Shown here: one piece after another, positions 6,922 to 16,538 of the stretch
Layout of the letters: every line of letters begins with the position of its first letter
Position numbering within the stretch: position 1 is the first letter of the stretch
From: Thermoanaerobaculia bacterium
GTDB taxonomy: Bacteria; Acidobacteriota; Thermoanaerobaculia; UBA5066
Direction: 5' to 3'
NCBI GenBank assembly: GCA_038245905.1
Contig: JBBRRY010000043.1
Location: forward strand, 1-21,675
DNA length: 21,675 bases
Notes under the pieces: model-generated
Seen by the model: the letters and a program-made list of their open reading frames with translations, nothing else
Database searches by the model: none
Told to the model about the DNA's origin: nothing
Made by a program: the position numbers and the translations under genes

Positions 6922-8109
6922 TCACATGAACAGCGCCGAGACGACCCCGCCCGCGAGAACGACCCACACGACGTCGACGTCGAGGAGCAACGCCGCGAGG
7001 CCGAGCGTCGCGACGGCGCCCGAGGTCATGTTCCACGGCACGATCTGCGCGAAGTGAACGGCGACGGATGCCAGAAGCCCGACGAACGAGAGAACGAGGC
7101 CATGCTCCACGCCCGCGAAGGACGGACGGGACCGCACGCTCCGGAAGAAGGGCTCCAGCGCCAGCAGCACGAAGAGCGAGGGCAGAAAGATCGACACGGT
7201 CGCGACCAGCGCCCCGGCGAAGCCCGCCACGCGGTGGCCGACGAACGTCGCGGTGATCACGACGGGCCCGGGAGTGATCTGCCCGAGCGCCATGCCGTCG
7301 AGAAAGACTGGCGATGGCAGCCATCCGCGGACCTCGACCACCTCGTGGAACATGAGAGGGACGGAGGCGAACCCGCCTCCGAACGCGAACGCATCGACCT
7401 TCATCATGACGGCCCCCAGGATCGCGAGCTTCCGATCGACGATCCACAGGGTTCCGATGAAGACGACGCCCGTCGCCGCGACCAGGAATGGCGATCGCAG
7501 AACGCGCAACCAGTTTCTCGGGGTCCGGCGCGGTACGCTCCCATCGCCTCCATTGCTCCGCTCACCCCTGAGGAAGACGGCGCCTGCGAGGCCCGCGCCA
7601 AGGACGATCAGGAAAGGGCTGCCCCCCGCGAGAAAGAGCGCGGCCGTGGCCAGCGCGAGCAGGGCGTCCCTCACGCTGCGAACCGCCGGGCGGCCGAACG
7701 CCCACGCGGCGTTCACGACCAGTGCGACGACGACCGCACGGAGACCGGTCAGGGCGGCCGTCACCGAATGAAAAGCGACGGCCCTCTCATAGGCGAGCGA
7801 CAGAGCGAGCATGAGCGAGAACGCCGGCAGGCCAAACCCCGCGTAGGCCGCGACGGCGCCGCCGAGCCCTCTCGTTCGCAGCCCGACGTAGGCGGCCGCC
7901 TGCATAGAGGTGGCGCCCGGCACGGCCTGACAGAGCGCCGTACCCAGCCGGAAGTCGTCCTCGTCGATCCACCGCCGCTGCACGACAGCAAGACGCCTGA
8001 TGTACGCGATGACGCCCGGTCCGCCAAAGGAGACGGACCCGAGACGCAGAAACGACGCGAACAGGGCGATGAGGGTTGGCGGCGGGTCCTGTGGGGACGC
8101 CACGTTCAT
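6922..8109 (-). CDS. chrA: Chromate efflux transporter, long-chain CHR family
   Basis: Two CHR repeats: FLRLGSVSFGGP...LCQAVPG and FAFGGGF...LGQITPGPVVITATFVG. ATG at 8109 overlaps the CDF stop (ATGA). Confidence 0.93.
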   Translation of the reverse strand: MNVASPQDPPPTLIALFASFLRLGSVSFGGPGVIAYIRRLAVVQRRWIDEDDFRLGTALCQAVPGATSMQAAAYVGLRTRGLGGAVAAYAGFGLPAFSLMLALSLAYERAVAFHSVTAALTGLRAVVVALVVNAAWAFGRPAVRSVRDALLALATAALFLAGGSPFLIVLGAGLAGAVFLRGERSNGGDGSVPRRTPRNWLRVLRSPFLVAATGVVFIGTLWIVDRKLAILGAVMMKVDAFAFGGGFASVPLMFHEVVEVRGWLPSPVFLDGMALGQITPGPVVITATFVGHRVAGFAGALVATVSIFLPSLFVLLALEPFFRSVRSRPSFAGVEHGLVLSFVGLLASVAVHFAQIVPWNMTSGAVATLGLAALLLDVDVVWVVLAGGVVSALFM

Positions 8110-9002
8110 CGCGAAGACGCTTTCCAGTTCTCCGGGATCCCGGCTCCCGAGCAGAACTCGCTCTCGGGCTCGAGGGTCACGTGATGGATGTTCCATCGAT
8201 CCGCCAGGTGCGTCCGGATCGAGGCGAGCCGACCCTCGACCTCCTCGAGGCTCCCACCCTCGAGCTTCACGTGAGCGGTCAGGGCTACTTGCCCGGGGCC
8301 GACGGTCCACGCATGGACGTGGTGGAAGCGGGCCGGGGCGAACGCCGCATCGAGACCCGCCGAAAGCTCCTCGACGTCCAGGCCGGACGGGGCCGCCTCG
8401 ACGAGGATCCGGATGCTCTCCCAGATCAGCCGTCCCGCGCTCACCACGACCACGACACCGATCAGGAGGGAGGCGGCGGGGTCGAGCCACGGGCCGGCTC
8501 GTGTTCGAGCGAGGAGAGCCGCCGCCACGACCACGAGTGAGGCGAGAGCGTCCTGCAGGAGGTGGAGAAAAGCGCCTCGGACGTTGAGGTCGTGCTTCTC
8601 GTGCCGGCGCAGCAGGAGGACGGCCCCGACGTTTGCCACGAACGCCACGAGTGCGACGGCCAGCATCGTGCTCCCGTCCACGGCCGCGGGATGCCGGAGC
8701 CGATCGACCGCCGCTCCCCCGACGAGGGCCGCCAGGCCGACGAGAACCGCCGCGTTGACGAGCGCCGCGACGACCTCGAGGCGCCGGAATCCGTAGGAGA
8801 AGCGCCCCGTCGGCGACTTGCGGCCGAGGGCCCGGGCTCCGATCGCGAGCAGGAGCGCGGCGACGTCGCTCGCGTTGTGAAGTGCGTCGGACAGGAGCGC
8901 GAGGCTCCCGCTCGCGAGCCCACCGACGATCTCCACGATCGTGATGAGCAGGTTGAGCCCCACGCCCACCCAGAGCCGTCGATCGAGGGACACCCGGCTC
9001 AT
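8106..9002 (-). CDS. Cation diffusion facilitator (CzcD/ZitB-like)
   Basis: SGSLALLSDALHNASD, FSYGFRRLEVVAAL, NVRGAFLHLLQD, HHVHAW and HVTLEPE. HD-HD transport site typical of Zn-type CDFs. Confidence 0.93.
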   Translation of the reverse strand: MSRVSLDRRLWVGVGLNLLITIVEIVGGLASGSLALLSDALHNASDVAALLLAIGARALGRKSPTGRFSYGFRRLEVVAALVNAAVLVGLAALVGGAAVDRLRHPAAVDGSTMLAVALVAFVANVGAVLLLRRHEKHDLNVRGAFLHLLQDALASLVVVAAALLARTRAGPWLDPAASLLIGVVVVVSAGRLIWESIRILVEAAPSGLDVEELSAGLDAAFAPARFHHVHAWTVGPGQVALTAHVKLEGGSLEEVEGRLASIRTHLADRWNIHHVTLEPESEFCSGAGIPENWKASSR

Positions 9003-9022
9003 CAGCGTGCCCTGCGGACCAA

Positions 9023-9469
9023 TCAGTTGTAAGCGATCCGCGTCGCCTCGTCGACCAGGCACGGCGCCAAAAGGTTCTCCCAGGCCGGCCCCTCCCAGGT
9101 GCCCAGCGCTCGGTGTGCGTCGAAGTATTTCTGCGGGATGGGATGCGTGCCGACCCTCACCTCGAGGCCGAACCGCTCTGGGATCATCCGGATGAAGTGC
9201 TCCACGTGGGGGCACGGCGGGTATCCCACGAGGAACCCCGTCGCGAGATGCACGACCTGCGCGCCGTTCTTCTTCATCTCTTCCGGCGCGGACTCGATGT
9301 TCCCTCCGGGACAGCCTCCGCAGGACGTGAATCCCACGACTTCGACGTCGTTGCCCGCGTACGCCGCGAAGGCGCCCGCCCTCTCGCGCAGGGCGCGGAA
9401 GCACTTGCCTCCCGCGCAGCCTTTGTACCGGTCGCAGATGATGATGCCGATCCTGACTTTCTCGCTCAT
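9023..9469 (-). CDS. CGGC domain-containing protein
   Basis: IGIIICDRYKGCAGGKCF, FTSCGGCPG, YPPCP and VGTH motifs. ATG at 9469 with AGGAGG RBS at 9479-9484. Confidence 0.88.
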   Translation of the reverse strand: MSEKVRIGIIICDRYKGCAGGKCFRALRERAGAFAAYAGNDVEVVGFTSCGGCPGGNIESAPEEMKKNGAQVVHLATGFLVGYPPCPHVEHFIRMIPERFGLEVRVGTHPIPQKYFDAHRALGTWEGPAWENLLAPCLVDEATRIAYN

Positions 9470-9531
9470 TTCGTTACGCCTCCTGCAGGTCGTGCCCGAT
9501 CGCGGGTCGTGGCGGAGAGGCCTGACTTCGT

Positions 9532-9555
9532 CATTTCGGCACAAGCCGAAATGTA
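9532..9555. promoter_or_regulatory. Perfect 9-4-9 inverted repeat, likely repressor operator overlapping a -10 element
   Basis: CATTTCGGC-ACAA-GCCGAAATG (9532-9553). A minus-strand TACATT at 9555-9550 points toward the CGGC gene. Confidence 0.6.
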
Positions 9556-9611
9556 CCGGCCGCCCGGCTCCCCCGGCATGAGGCGCCTGCATCAGGCACC
9601 TCGCCGTGACC

Positions 9612-10685
9612 TCAAAGGAGCGCGTTGAACAGGTACCCGACGAGGAGGATTCCCGTTCCCACGACGCTCAAGAAGACCGCGATGAGGCGCGGGGTGAGGA
9701 CCTTGCGGAGGATCACCATCTCCGGGAGCGACAGGGCGATGACCGACATCATGAACGCGAGGACGGTGCCGAGAGCGGCCCCCTTTCCGAGGAGCGCCTG
9801 CACGACGGGGAGGATTCCCGCGGCGTTGGAGTACATCGGGATCCCGATCAGGACGGCGAGAGGCACGGACCACCAGGCGCCCTTGCCCATGATCGACGCC
9901 ATGAAGTTCTCGGGCACCCAGCCGTGGATTCCCGCACCGACGGCGATCCCCAGGATGACGTAGGGCCAGACCTTCCCGACGATCTCGCGGACCTCCCCTC
10001 GTCCGATCGCGAGGCGCTGCTCCCAGCCGGGCTTCTCCCCCGCCGGAGAGCCCACGGGACCACGGCTCTGATAGACCCACGGCTCCACCCACGCCTCGAG
10101 CTTCAGCCGGCCGATGACCCAGCCCGATGCGAACGCGATCAGGAGGCCGGTGCCGAGGTAGAGGCCGGCGACCTTCCAGCCGAACAGGCCGAAGAGAAGC
10201 GCCAGCACGATTTCGTTGACCATGGGCGCGGCCACGAGGAACGAGAACGTCACGCCGAGCGGCACGCCGGCCGTCACGAAGCCGATGAACATCGGGACCG
10301 CCGAGCACGAGCAGAACGGCGTCACGACGCCGAGAAGCGACGCGAGCGCGTTCCCTGCGGTCTCCCGCCGCCCGGCCAGAAGGGTCCGCGTCCTCTCCGG
10401 CGTGAAGAAGCTCCTCACGATGCCGACGACGAAGACGACGAGCGTGAGGAGGAGAAGGACCTTCGGGACTTCGAAGACGAAAAACTGAACCGCTTCGCCA
10501 AAATGCGTCTCGGGCGCGAGGCCGAGGAGACGGGTCGTGACGAATCGCGCGGCGTCTCCGTTCACGACATAGGCGCCGACCCAGGCGGCCAAGACCGCGA
10601 GATGGAGCAGGACCGTCCGGAGCCGGAGGCCGGCCGTCGGGGCTCCCTGCGGCTCGTAGGAAGGAAGGACGAGGGCTTCGCTCAT
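9612..10685 (-). CDS. arsP: ArsP/DUF318-family permease
   Basis: TPFCSCSAVP, FLVAAPMVNE, IGIPMY and LSLPEMVIL motifs with many TM helices. Coupled to arsC by an ATGA overlap. Confidence 0.85.
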   Translation of the reverse strand: MSEALVLPSYEPQGAPTAGLRLRTVLLHLAVLAAWVGAYVVNGDAARFVTTRLLGLAPETHFGEAVQFFVFEVPKVLLLLTLVVFVVGIVRSFFTPERTRTLLAGRRETAGNALASLLGVVTPFCSCSAVPMFIGFVTAGVPLGVTFSFLVAAPMVNEIVLALLFGLFGWKVAGLYLGTGLLIAFASGWVIGRLKLEAWVEPWVYQSRGPVGSPAGEKPGWEQRLAIGRGEVREIVGKVWPYVILGIAVGAGIHGWVPENFMASIMGKGAWWSVPLAVLIGIPMYSNAAGILPVVQALLGKGAALGTVLAFMMSVIALSLPEMVILRKVLTPRLIAVFLSVVGTGILLVGYLFNALL

Positions 10686-11101
10686 TTCAACTCCGCTGCA
10701 ACGAGAACAACCAGGCGTGCGCGGATCTCGTCGCGTACGCGCCGAAAGACAGGAAGGGCGTCCTCGCCGCCGCCGGCAAGGGCAGGATCCTCGAAGGTCT
10801 CATGGAGCGTCTTCCGTGCGCCTGGCAGGTTCGGGCAGGCTTCCCGCGCCGAGTCGCAGACCGTGACGACGAGGTCGAACGCAAGGCCCTTCAGCGCCTC
10901 GATGGACTTGCTGCGGTGCGACGAGATGTCGACTCCCGCCTCGCCCATGACGCGGATCGCGAGCGGATGCACGGTGGATGGCCGCGTCCCGGCGGAATGC
11001 ACCTCGACGCGATCGCCGAGGTCGTGGCGGACCCAGCCCTCGCCCATCTGCGACCGGCACGAGTTGCCTGTGCAGAGGATCAGGATGCGAGGCGTGCTCA
11101 T
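10682..11101 (-). CDS. arsC: Thioredoxin-coupled arsenate reductase (LMW-PTP fold)
   Basis: P-loop CTGNSCRS, resolving pair [15 protein letters not shown] and [11 protein letters not shown] at 11101 overlaps the acr3 stop. Confidence 0.95.
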   Translation of the reverse strand: MSTPRILILCTGNSCRSQMGEGWVRHDLGDRVEVHSAGTRPSTVHPLAIRVMGEAGVDISSHRSKSIEALKGLAFDLVVTVCDSAREACPNLPGARKTLHETFEDPALAGGGEDALPVFRRVRDEIRARLVVLVAAELK

Positions 11102-12141
11102 GCGAAGTACCGCCGCTGGAACCAGAACGCCACGTTGACGAGTCCGATCATCACCGGCACCTCGACGAGCGGCCCGATGACCGCCGCGAAGGCAGCCCCG
11201 GAATTGATCCCGAAGACCGCGACGGCCACGGCAATCGCCAGCTCGAAATTGTTGCTGGCCGCGGTGAAGGCCAGGGTCGTCGTCTTGGCGTAGCCGGCTC
11301 CGGCCCGCTTTCCCATGAGGAACGAGAGCAGGAACATCACGACGAAGTAGACGAGCAGCGGGATCGCGATCCGGACGACGTCCATCGGAATCGAGACGAT
11401 GAGCTTGCCCTTCAGGCTGAACATCACCACGATCGTGAAGAGGAGAGCCACGAGCGTCACCGGGCTGATCCTGGGGACGAACTCCCGGTGGTACCACTCT
11501 CTTCCCTTCAGCTTCACGCCGACGAACCGGGTGAGGGCGCCGGCGAGGAAGGGAATGCCCAGGTAGATGAAGACGCTCTTCGCGATCTCCCCCATGCCGA
11601 CCTTCACGAGGCTTCCTTCGAGGCCGAACACGGGAGGGAGCACCGTGATGAAGAACCACGCGTAGACGCTGTAGAAGAGAACCTGGAAGACGCTGTTGAA
11701 GGCCACGAGCCCCGCGGCGTACTCGGTGTCTCCCTTCGCGAGCTCGTTCCAGACGATGACCATGGCAATGCAACGGGCGAGGCCGATCAGGATGAGCCCT
11801 ACCATGTAGTCGGGGTGGTCGTGGAGAAACACGATGGCGAGGAAGAACATCAGGATCGGGCCGATCACCCAGTTCTGAAGAAGCGAGAGCCCGACGATCT
11901 TCCGGTCCCGGAAGACGTCGCCCATTTCTTCGTACCTCACCTTGGCGAACGCCGGGTACATCATCAGGATGAGCCCCGCCGCGATCGGGACGTTCGTCGT
12001 ACCGACCTGGAACGAGTTGATGAATCCCTCGACCCCCGGAACGAACGCGCCGACGGCCACTCCCGCCGCCATCGCGGCAAAGATCCAGAAGGTGAGCCAG
12101 CGGTCGAGGAAGGAGAGCTTCCTCGCGATGCCGTCGGTCAT
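11098..12141 (-). CDS. acr3: Acr3-family arsenite efflux transporter
   Basis: [46 protein letters not shown] and GPLVEVPV motifs. Confidence 0.96.
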   Translation of the reverse strand: MTDGIARKLSFLDRWLTFWIFAAMAAGVAVGAFVPGVEGFINSFQVGTTNVPIAAGLILMMYPAFAKVRYEEMGDVFRDRKIVGLSLLQNWVIGPILMFFLAIVFLHDHPDYMVGLILIGLARCIAMVIVWNELAKGDTEYAAGLVAFNSVFQVLFYSVYAWFFITVLPPVFGLEGSLVKVGMGEIAKSVFIYLGIPFLAGALTRFVGVKLKGREWYHREFVPRISPVTLVALLFTIVVMFSLKGKLIVSIPMDVVRIAIPLLVYFVVMFLLSFLMGKRAGAGYAKTTTLAFTAASNNFELAIAVAVAVFGINSGAAFAAVIGPLVEVPVMIGLVNVAFWFQRRYFA

Positions 12142-12146
12142 CGGAT

Positions 12147-12980
12147 CTACGCCGGCTTCGTGGCCCGCACGAAAGCGCTCATGAACTTCCCGTCCACGAG
12201 AGGCGCCATCGCGTCCGCGTCGATCCCCGCAGTCGAGAGGAAGTCCCGCGCGTCCGCAATCGTGTAGACGCGTGTCGGGACGATCTCGACGTCCGTGAAG
12301 CCCGCGCTCTTCAGCTTCGCCTCGAATTCTTTTTCTTCGAGCGCGCCCGCGAGGCACCCGATCCAGAGCTCGACGCTCTTCCGGACATCGGACGGCACTT
12401 CGCCCCGCACGACGACGTCCGACACCGCGAACCGTCCGCCCGGCTTCAGCACCCGGAACGCCTCGGCCAGCGCGCAATCCTTGTCCGCCGAGAGGTTCAC
12501 GACGCAGTTCGAGATGATGACGTCGACGCTCGCGGAAGGGAGCGGGATGCTCTCGAGCTCGCCCTTGAGGAACTCGACGTTCGTGACACCCGCCTTTTGC
12601 TGGTTCGCGCGCGCGAGGGCGAGCATGTCGTCCGTCATGTCGAGGCCATAGACCTTCCCGGTGGGGCCGACACGGCGCGCCGAGAGGAGAACGTCGATGC
12701 CGCCTCCCGAGCCGAGGTCGAGGACCGTGTCGCCTTCGTGGAGCTCCGCGAGGGCCGTCGGGTTGCCGCAGCCGAGCGACGCGGACACCGCCAGCTCGGG
12801 GAGACCCGCGGTCTCCGACAGCGAATAGAGATTCGACGTGATCGGGTCTTTCTCGCCGCCGCAGCACGTCGGCGCGCAGCATGACGTCCCTCCGGCCACG
12901 GCCCGCCGCGCGGCCTCTCCGTATTTCTCCTTGACCACGTCTTTGATGCTCGTTTCCGTCTTGATGTTCGCTTCCACCAT
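12147..12980 (-). CDS. arsM: Arsenite S-adenosylmethionine methyltransferase
   Basis: N-terminal [31 protein letters not shown] and [18 protein letters not shown] before ATG at 12980. Confidence 0.95.
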   Translation of the reverse strand: MVEANIKTETSIKDVVKEKYGEAARRAVAGGTSCCAPTCCGGEKDPITSNLYSLSETAGLPELAVSASLGCGNPTALAELHEGDTVLDLGSGGGIDVLLSARRVGPTGKVYGLDMTDDMLALARANQQKAGVTNVEFLKGELESIPLPSASVDVIISNCVVNLSADKDCALAEAFRVLKPGGRFAVSDVVVRGEVPSDVRKSVELWIGCLAGALEEKEFEAKLKSAGFTDVEIVPTRVYTIADARDFLSTAGIDADAMAPLVDGKFMSAFVRATKPA

Positions 12981-12994
12981 GGGTTCCTCCTTCT

Positions 12995-13012
12995 CATCAA
13001 CAGTTCTTGATG
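12995..13012. promoter_or_regulatory. ArsR box between arsR and arsM
   Basis: CATCAA-CAGTTC-TTGATG matches the ATCAA-N6-TTGAT operator known for Synechocystis ArsR. Confidence 0.75.
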
Positions 13013-13031
13013 TATCGGTCACACGAAACTC

Positions 13032-13358
13032 TCAGCAGCAGCGCGCGGCGACCTCCCGCACGGATCCGATGAAACTCTTGATCTCCTGAAGGACGTCCGG
13101 GTTCAGCGCGTAGTGCACCCAGCGCCCCTCCCGCCTGTCGGAGACGAGGCCGGCGTCCTTAAGCGCTTTCAAGTGGAACGAGAGCCGCGACTGTCCCGCG
13201 TCGAGCGCGTCCGTCAGGGTGCAGACGCACTGCTCGCCGCCGAGGAGCTTCCCGACGATCCTGAGGCGCGTTTCGTCCGACAGGGCGTGGAAGAGTCGCG
13301 CGAGCCGCGTCACGTCACGAGGGCGCTCGAGCATACGGGCCGGAAGGAGAGCCGCCAT
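13032..13358 (-). CDS. arsR: Arsenic-responsive repressor
   Basis: FHALSDETRLRI, alpha3 EQCVCTL, QSRLSFHLKALKDAGLV, GRWVHY and a C-terminal CC. Heads the ars operon. Confidence 0.95.
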   Translation of the reverse strand: MAALLPARMLERPRDVTRLARLFHALSDETRLRIVGKLLGGEQCVCTLTDALDAGQSRLSFHLKALKDAGLVSDRREGRWVHYALNPDVLQEIKSFIGSVREVAARCC

Positions 13359-13392
13359 GCCTTCAATGTATCAAGAAATCTTTATATGTCAA
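13359..13392 (-). promoter_or_regulatory. ars promoter with ArsR box in the spacer; probably leaderless arsR mRNA
   Basis: TTGACA(13392-13387)-N16-TACATT(13370-13365) with TGn extension, then 6 nt to the ATG at 13358. ATCAA-N6-TTTAT lies at 13370-13385. Confidence 0.75.
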
Positions 13393-13410
13393 GACGGCCC
13401 TTCCCCCCCC

Positions 13411-14262
13411 TCAGCCGCCGATCGCGGCCATCGACCGCGGCGTCTCGAACGAGAGGGGCGGACGCCTACCCAGGAGAAAGCGATCCACGTCTTCCTCGAG
13501 GCCGTCGCCGTCGCCCGCCTCCAGCCGTGCGAGCAACGGAAGCGGCTCCGGGTCCATCAGGCAGCGCCTCAGATCGCCACGCGAATCGAGCCTGAGACGC
13601 CGGCAGCCGCCGCAGAAGGAGTGCGAGATCGGCTCGATCCAGCCCGTGACGACTTCGACCCCCTGGATGCGCACGCGGAGCCGGCGCGCCGGCCCTGCTC
13701 CCGATTCCGAAGGCTCGAGGGCGCACCCGAGGCCCAGGGCCAGCCGCTCGCGCACTTCGCGAGAAGAGACGAACTCGTCCGTCGCGAACGCCGCGGCGGG
13801 CCCGGTCCGCATCAGCTCGATGAAGCGGACCTCGAGGCCTCTTTCGGAAGCAAACTCGAGGAGCGCCGGAACGTCGCTCTCGAACGTGCTGCGCCTGAGC
13901 ACGGCGTTCAGCTTCACGGGTGCGAGGCCGGCGGCGAGCGCGGAGAGCCGGGACCCGTTCGTCGTCATGGAGATCTCGCCGACTCCCGGCTCCCCCGCGA
14001 GGGCCCTGACGAACGAGACCAGACCCGCCCGGAGCAACGGCTCGCCTCCGGTGATCTTGACGCGCGTCACCGGGAGGCGGCGGACGGCCCAGCCGACCGC
14101 GGCCGCCAACCGGCCGAGCGCCGGGAGAGCTCGATCGGCCGGCTCACGCTCGAGTCCGGTCCGGCAGTAGCGACACTGGAGGTCGCATCGCTCCGTCACC
14201 GAAACACGAAGAGAGACGGCGCCGCTCCGAACGGCGGCGTCTCTCGCTTCCGGGGTCGACAA
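13411..14262 (-). CDS. moaA: GTP 3',8-cyclase MoaA homologue with an apparent internal in-frame deletion (possible pseudogene)
   Basis: LRVSVTERCDLQCRYC, TGGEPLLR, TTNG, VKLNAV, RFIELM, FCGGCRRLRL...CL and C-terminal IGG. The NVSLD segment is absent. The start (TTG at 14262) is uncertain. Confidence 0.85.
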   Translation of the reverse strand: MSTPEARDAAVRSGAVSLRVSVTERCDLQCRYCRTGLEREPADRALPALGRLAAAVGWAVRRLPVTRVKITGGEPLLRAGLVSFVRALAGEPGVGEISMTTNGSRLSALAAGLAPVKLNAVLRRSTFESDVPALLEFASERGLEVRFIELMRTGPAAAFATDEFVSSREVRERLALGLGCALEPSESGAGPARRLRVRIQGVEVVTGWIEPISHSFCGGCRRLRLDSRGDLRRCLMDPEPLPLLARLEAGDGDGLEEDVDRFLLGRRPPLSFETPRSMAAIGG

Positions 14263-14270
14263 GGGCCTCT

Positions 14271-15218
14271 TCAGCGCACCGCCTTGCGCACGGCGGCCTC
14301 GATCTCGTTCTGGATGTCGCCCGGCATCTGCATGTTCTTCATGAACGCCCAGTTCCCGGCGTCCTGAAAGTAGAGCTTCATCCGCCACATCTCCTTGAGG
14401 AGAGTGACGGAGCTGCCGGCGCCTTTCTTCGTGACGACGACTTCGACCGGAAACGCGGCCGCGTGGTCGATCCCCGGGAACAGATTCGCTTCCGTCGCCC
14501 GCTTCTCGCCCGCGATCCCAAACGCCCGGCCCTCGGTCTTCGGGTTCGTGAGGCCGACGACGAAGACCTCGTCCGACGCCTTGTACGCGTAGACGGCGTG
14601 CCAGCCCGCGGCGTCCGCGACACCTGCGCGGATCGCCTCGGCCAGCTCGGCTGGCGCCTTCGTGGACGCGAGCACCGGGACGATCTTGTCCGGGAACGCG
14701 CCTCCGCCCATTCCGCCGATCGCTCCGCTCTCGCGGATCTGCCCGGCCTGCTTCTGCGAGACCGGCCCGAGCGGCGCGAGAGCGGCGGCGACGTCGTCGA
14801 CGGCCTTCTGGCCCGCCGCGTCCTTCGCATCCGACGCATAGAACGTCCGGAGGAGCGAGACGGGGTTCACGACGGCGACGTTCGTGCCGGACGCGTTACC
14901 GTATACCGCGAGGCGCATCGGCAGTCCGAAAGCCTTGTCGGCGCCTCCGGAGAGGACCTCGGCGGCCCATGGCTCGGACGCGAACACGATCGTTCGCGCT
15001 TTCGCCTGGCAGCCCGCGGGGACGCCATTGTCGAAGCTCGCGAGGATCGTGAAGCCGGCGCCCTTGAGCGCCGCCTCCGCCTTCGCCGACGTCTCCGGGA
15101 CGTCGGCCTTGAGACCCGAAAGGAGCGTGACGGTGACCCCCTGCGTCCTCTCGACGCCCGCCGCGAGGGCGGGCGCCGCGAAGGCGAGGAGGACGAACGG
15201 CGCGATCAGGCGTTTCAC
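14271..15218 (-). CDS. Secreted/periplasmic hypothetical protein with DUF302-like segments
   Basis: Signal peptide MKRLIAPFVLLAFAAPALA. LKGAGFTIL and LPMRLAVY...VAVVNP resemble DUF302, with a second related segment FPVEVVV. Single Cys. Confidence 0.7.
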   Translation of the reverse strand: MKRLIAPFVLLAFAAPALAAGVERTQGVTVTLLSGLKADVPETSAKAEAALKGAGFTILASFDNGVPAGCQAKARTIVFASEPWAAEVLSGGADKAFGLPMRLAVYGNASGTNVAVVNPVSLLRTFYASDAKDAAGQKAVDDVAAALAPLGPVSQKQAGQIRESGAIGGMGGGAFPDKIVPVLASTKAPAELAEAIRAGVADAAGWHAVYAYKASDEVFVVGLTNPKTEGRAFGIAGEKRATEANLFPGIDHAAAFPVEVVVTKKGAGSSVTLLKEMWRMKLYFQDAGNWAFMKNMQMPGDIQNEIEAAVRKAVR

Positions 15219-15225
15219 GGCGTCC

Positions 15226-16476
15226 TCAGAAGCCGAACGACAGGCCGAGGTCGAACACCCACTGGTCCATCTTCAGCTCGATGGTCTGCTTGCCGGGCAC
15301 TTCGAGGGGATTCGGGCCGGAGACGGACTTGGAGAGAGCGCGCACCACCGCGAGGTTGACCTTCGTCTTGTCGCCCACCTTCGCGCTCGCACCCAGCGTC
15401 ACATGGTGTTCGATGACGCCGGGGGCGAGGATGTTGAAGAGGACTTCGGACTCCGGGATCGGCTGCTTCGCGTAGGCGTAGCCCGCACGGAGCGTCAAGT
15501 CCGGGCTCGCAGCCCACTGCAGACCGAGCTTGTACGCTGTGACGTCTTTCCAGCCGAAGCCGGCGCCGCCGTCGTCGCCGAGACGCGCCGTCATGAGATT
15601 CGGAATGAGCGGGTTCCCGATCGACTCGGTCTTGCTGTAATAGATCTGCTGGACGTCGAACGCGACCGTGAAAGACGGGGCGGGCTTGATCGCAACACCG
15701 ACCGTCCAGTTCGCCGGGATGTCGAAGTCGCCCTGCTCCGCGAAGAGCCCGGCGTACTTCTTGAACTTCTGCATCTCCATTTCGGTCTGGTAGGAGCCGC
15801 CGACCGAAAGCCACGGCGTCAGCTTGCCGAGGTACCCGACCCGCACGCCCCATCCGAGCGACGTGTCGAAGCCGTTGTTCGAGAGGCTCGCGGCCGACGA
15901 CGAGAAGGGCGCGAAGCTCCCGACTCCCTCGGCCTGGAAGCGCTGGTACCCGACGACCGGGCTCACGCCGAACGCGTGGCCCTCCGCGACTTTGTACGTG
16001 AAGGTCGGCGCGATGTACATCTGCATGAGGTTCACACCCGTGCGGCCGGCGTAAAAGACCGACTCCTCGTAGGCCGTGTTCATGCCTCCGTTGCCGTAGA
16101 GCGCGATGCCGAGCGTCATCGTGTCGTTCAGCTTCCAGTTCGCGCCGATAGAGGGCATGAGGAAGACCGAGGTCCCGCTCTTCACCGTTCCCGGTGTCAG
16201 GCCGAACGTGCCGGGAAAGCCCGAGGGCGTGCCGGTCACCGTGAACTCGCGGTTCGGGTTGAAGACGGCGATGCCGAGGTCGTAGCCCGTCGCCCACGCG
16301 TTCCCCGCGGGGTTCGTCGCGGGGGACATCGTATTGAGCGACAGCGCGACGCCCGCGCCGCCCATTCCGTTCTGCGCGGTCCCATAGCCGAGCTGGAAAT
16401 AGCCGTCCGTGGCGAGGGCGGGGGCGGCGGTGAGCGCGAGCAGCGCGACGAGCGCGACGCCGATCCGGATCTTCAT
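15226..16476 (-). CDS. FadL/TodX-family outer-membrane transport protein
   Basis: Signal peptide, hatch region TDGYFQLGYG..GMGGAGVA..NPA, amphipathic beta-strands, LTLRAGY and C-terminal Phe. AAGGAG RBS before ATG at 16476. Confidence 0.9.
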   Translation of the reverse strand: MKIRIGVALVALLALTAAPALATDGYFQLGYGTAQNGMGGAGVALSLNTMSPATNPAGNAWATGYDLGIAVFNPNREFTVTGTPSGFPGTFGLTPGTVKSGTSVFLMPSIGANWKLNDTMTLGIALYGNGGMNTAYEESVFYAGRTGVNLMQMYIAPTFTYKVAEGHAFGVSPVVGYQRFQAEGVGSFAPFSSSAASLSNNGFDTSLGWGVRVGYLGKLTPWLSVGGSYQTEMEMQKFKKYAGLFAEQGDFDIPANWTVGVAIKPAPSFTVAFDVQQIYYSKTESIGNPLIPNLMTARLGDDGGAGFGWKDVTAYKLGLQWAASPDLTLRAGYAYAKQPIPESEVLFNILAPGVIEHHVTLGASAKVGDKTKVNLAVVRALSKSVSGPNPLEVPGKQTIELKMDQWVFDLGLSFGF

Positions 16477-16538
16477 GTGAGCACTCCTTCTCGAAAGCGG
16501 GCCGCTCGGGTCCGCAGATTTGTCGACGACGGGACGCA

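Noticed and set aside
12980-13034. The arsR stop (CC-TGA) is in frame with arsM, suggesting a Sec read-through ArsR-ArsM fusion
   Set aside because: The downstream inverted repeat is AT-rich and matches an ArsR box, and arsM has its own strong AGGAGG RBS.
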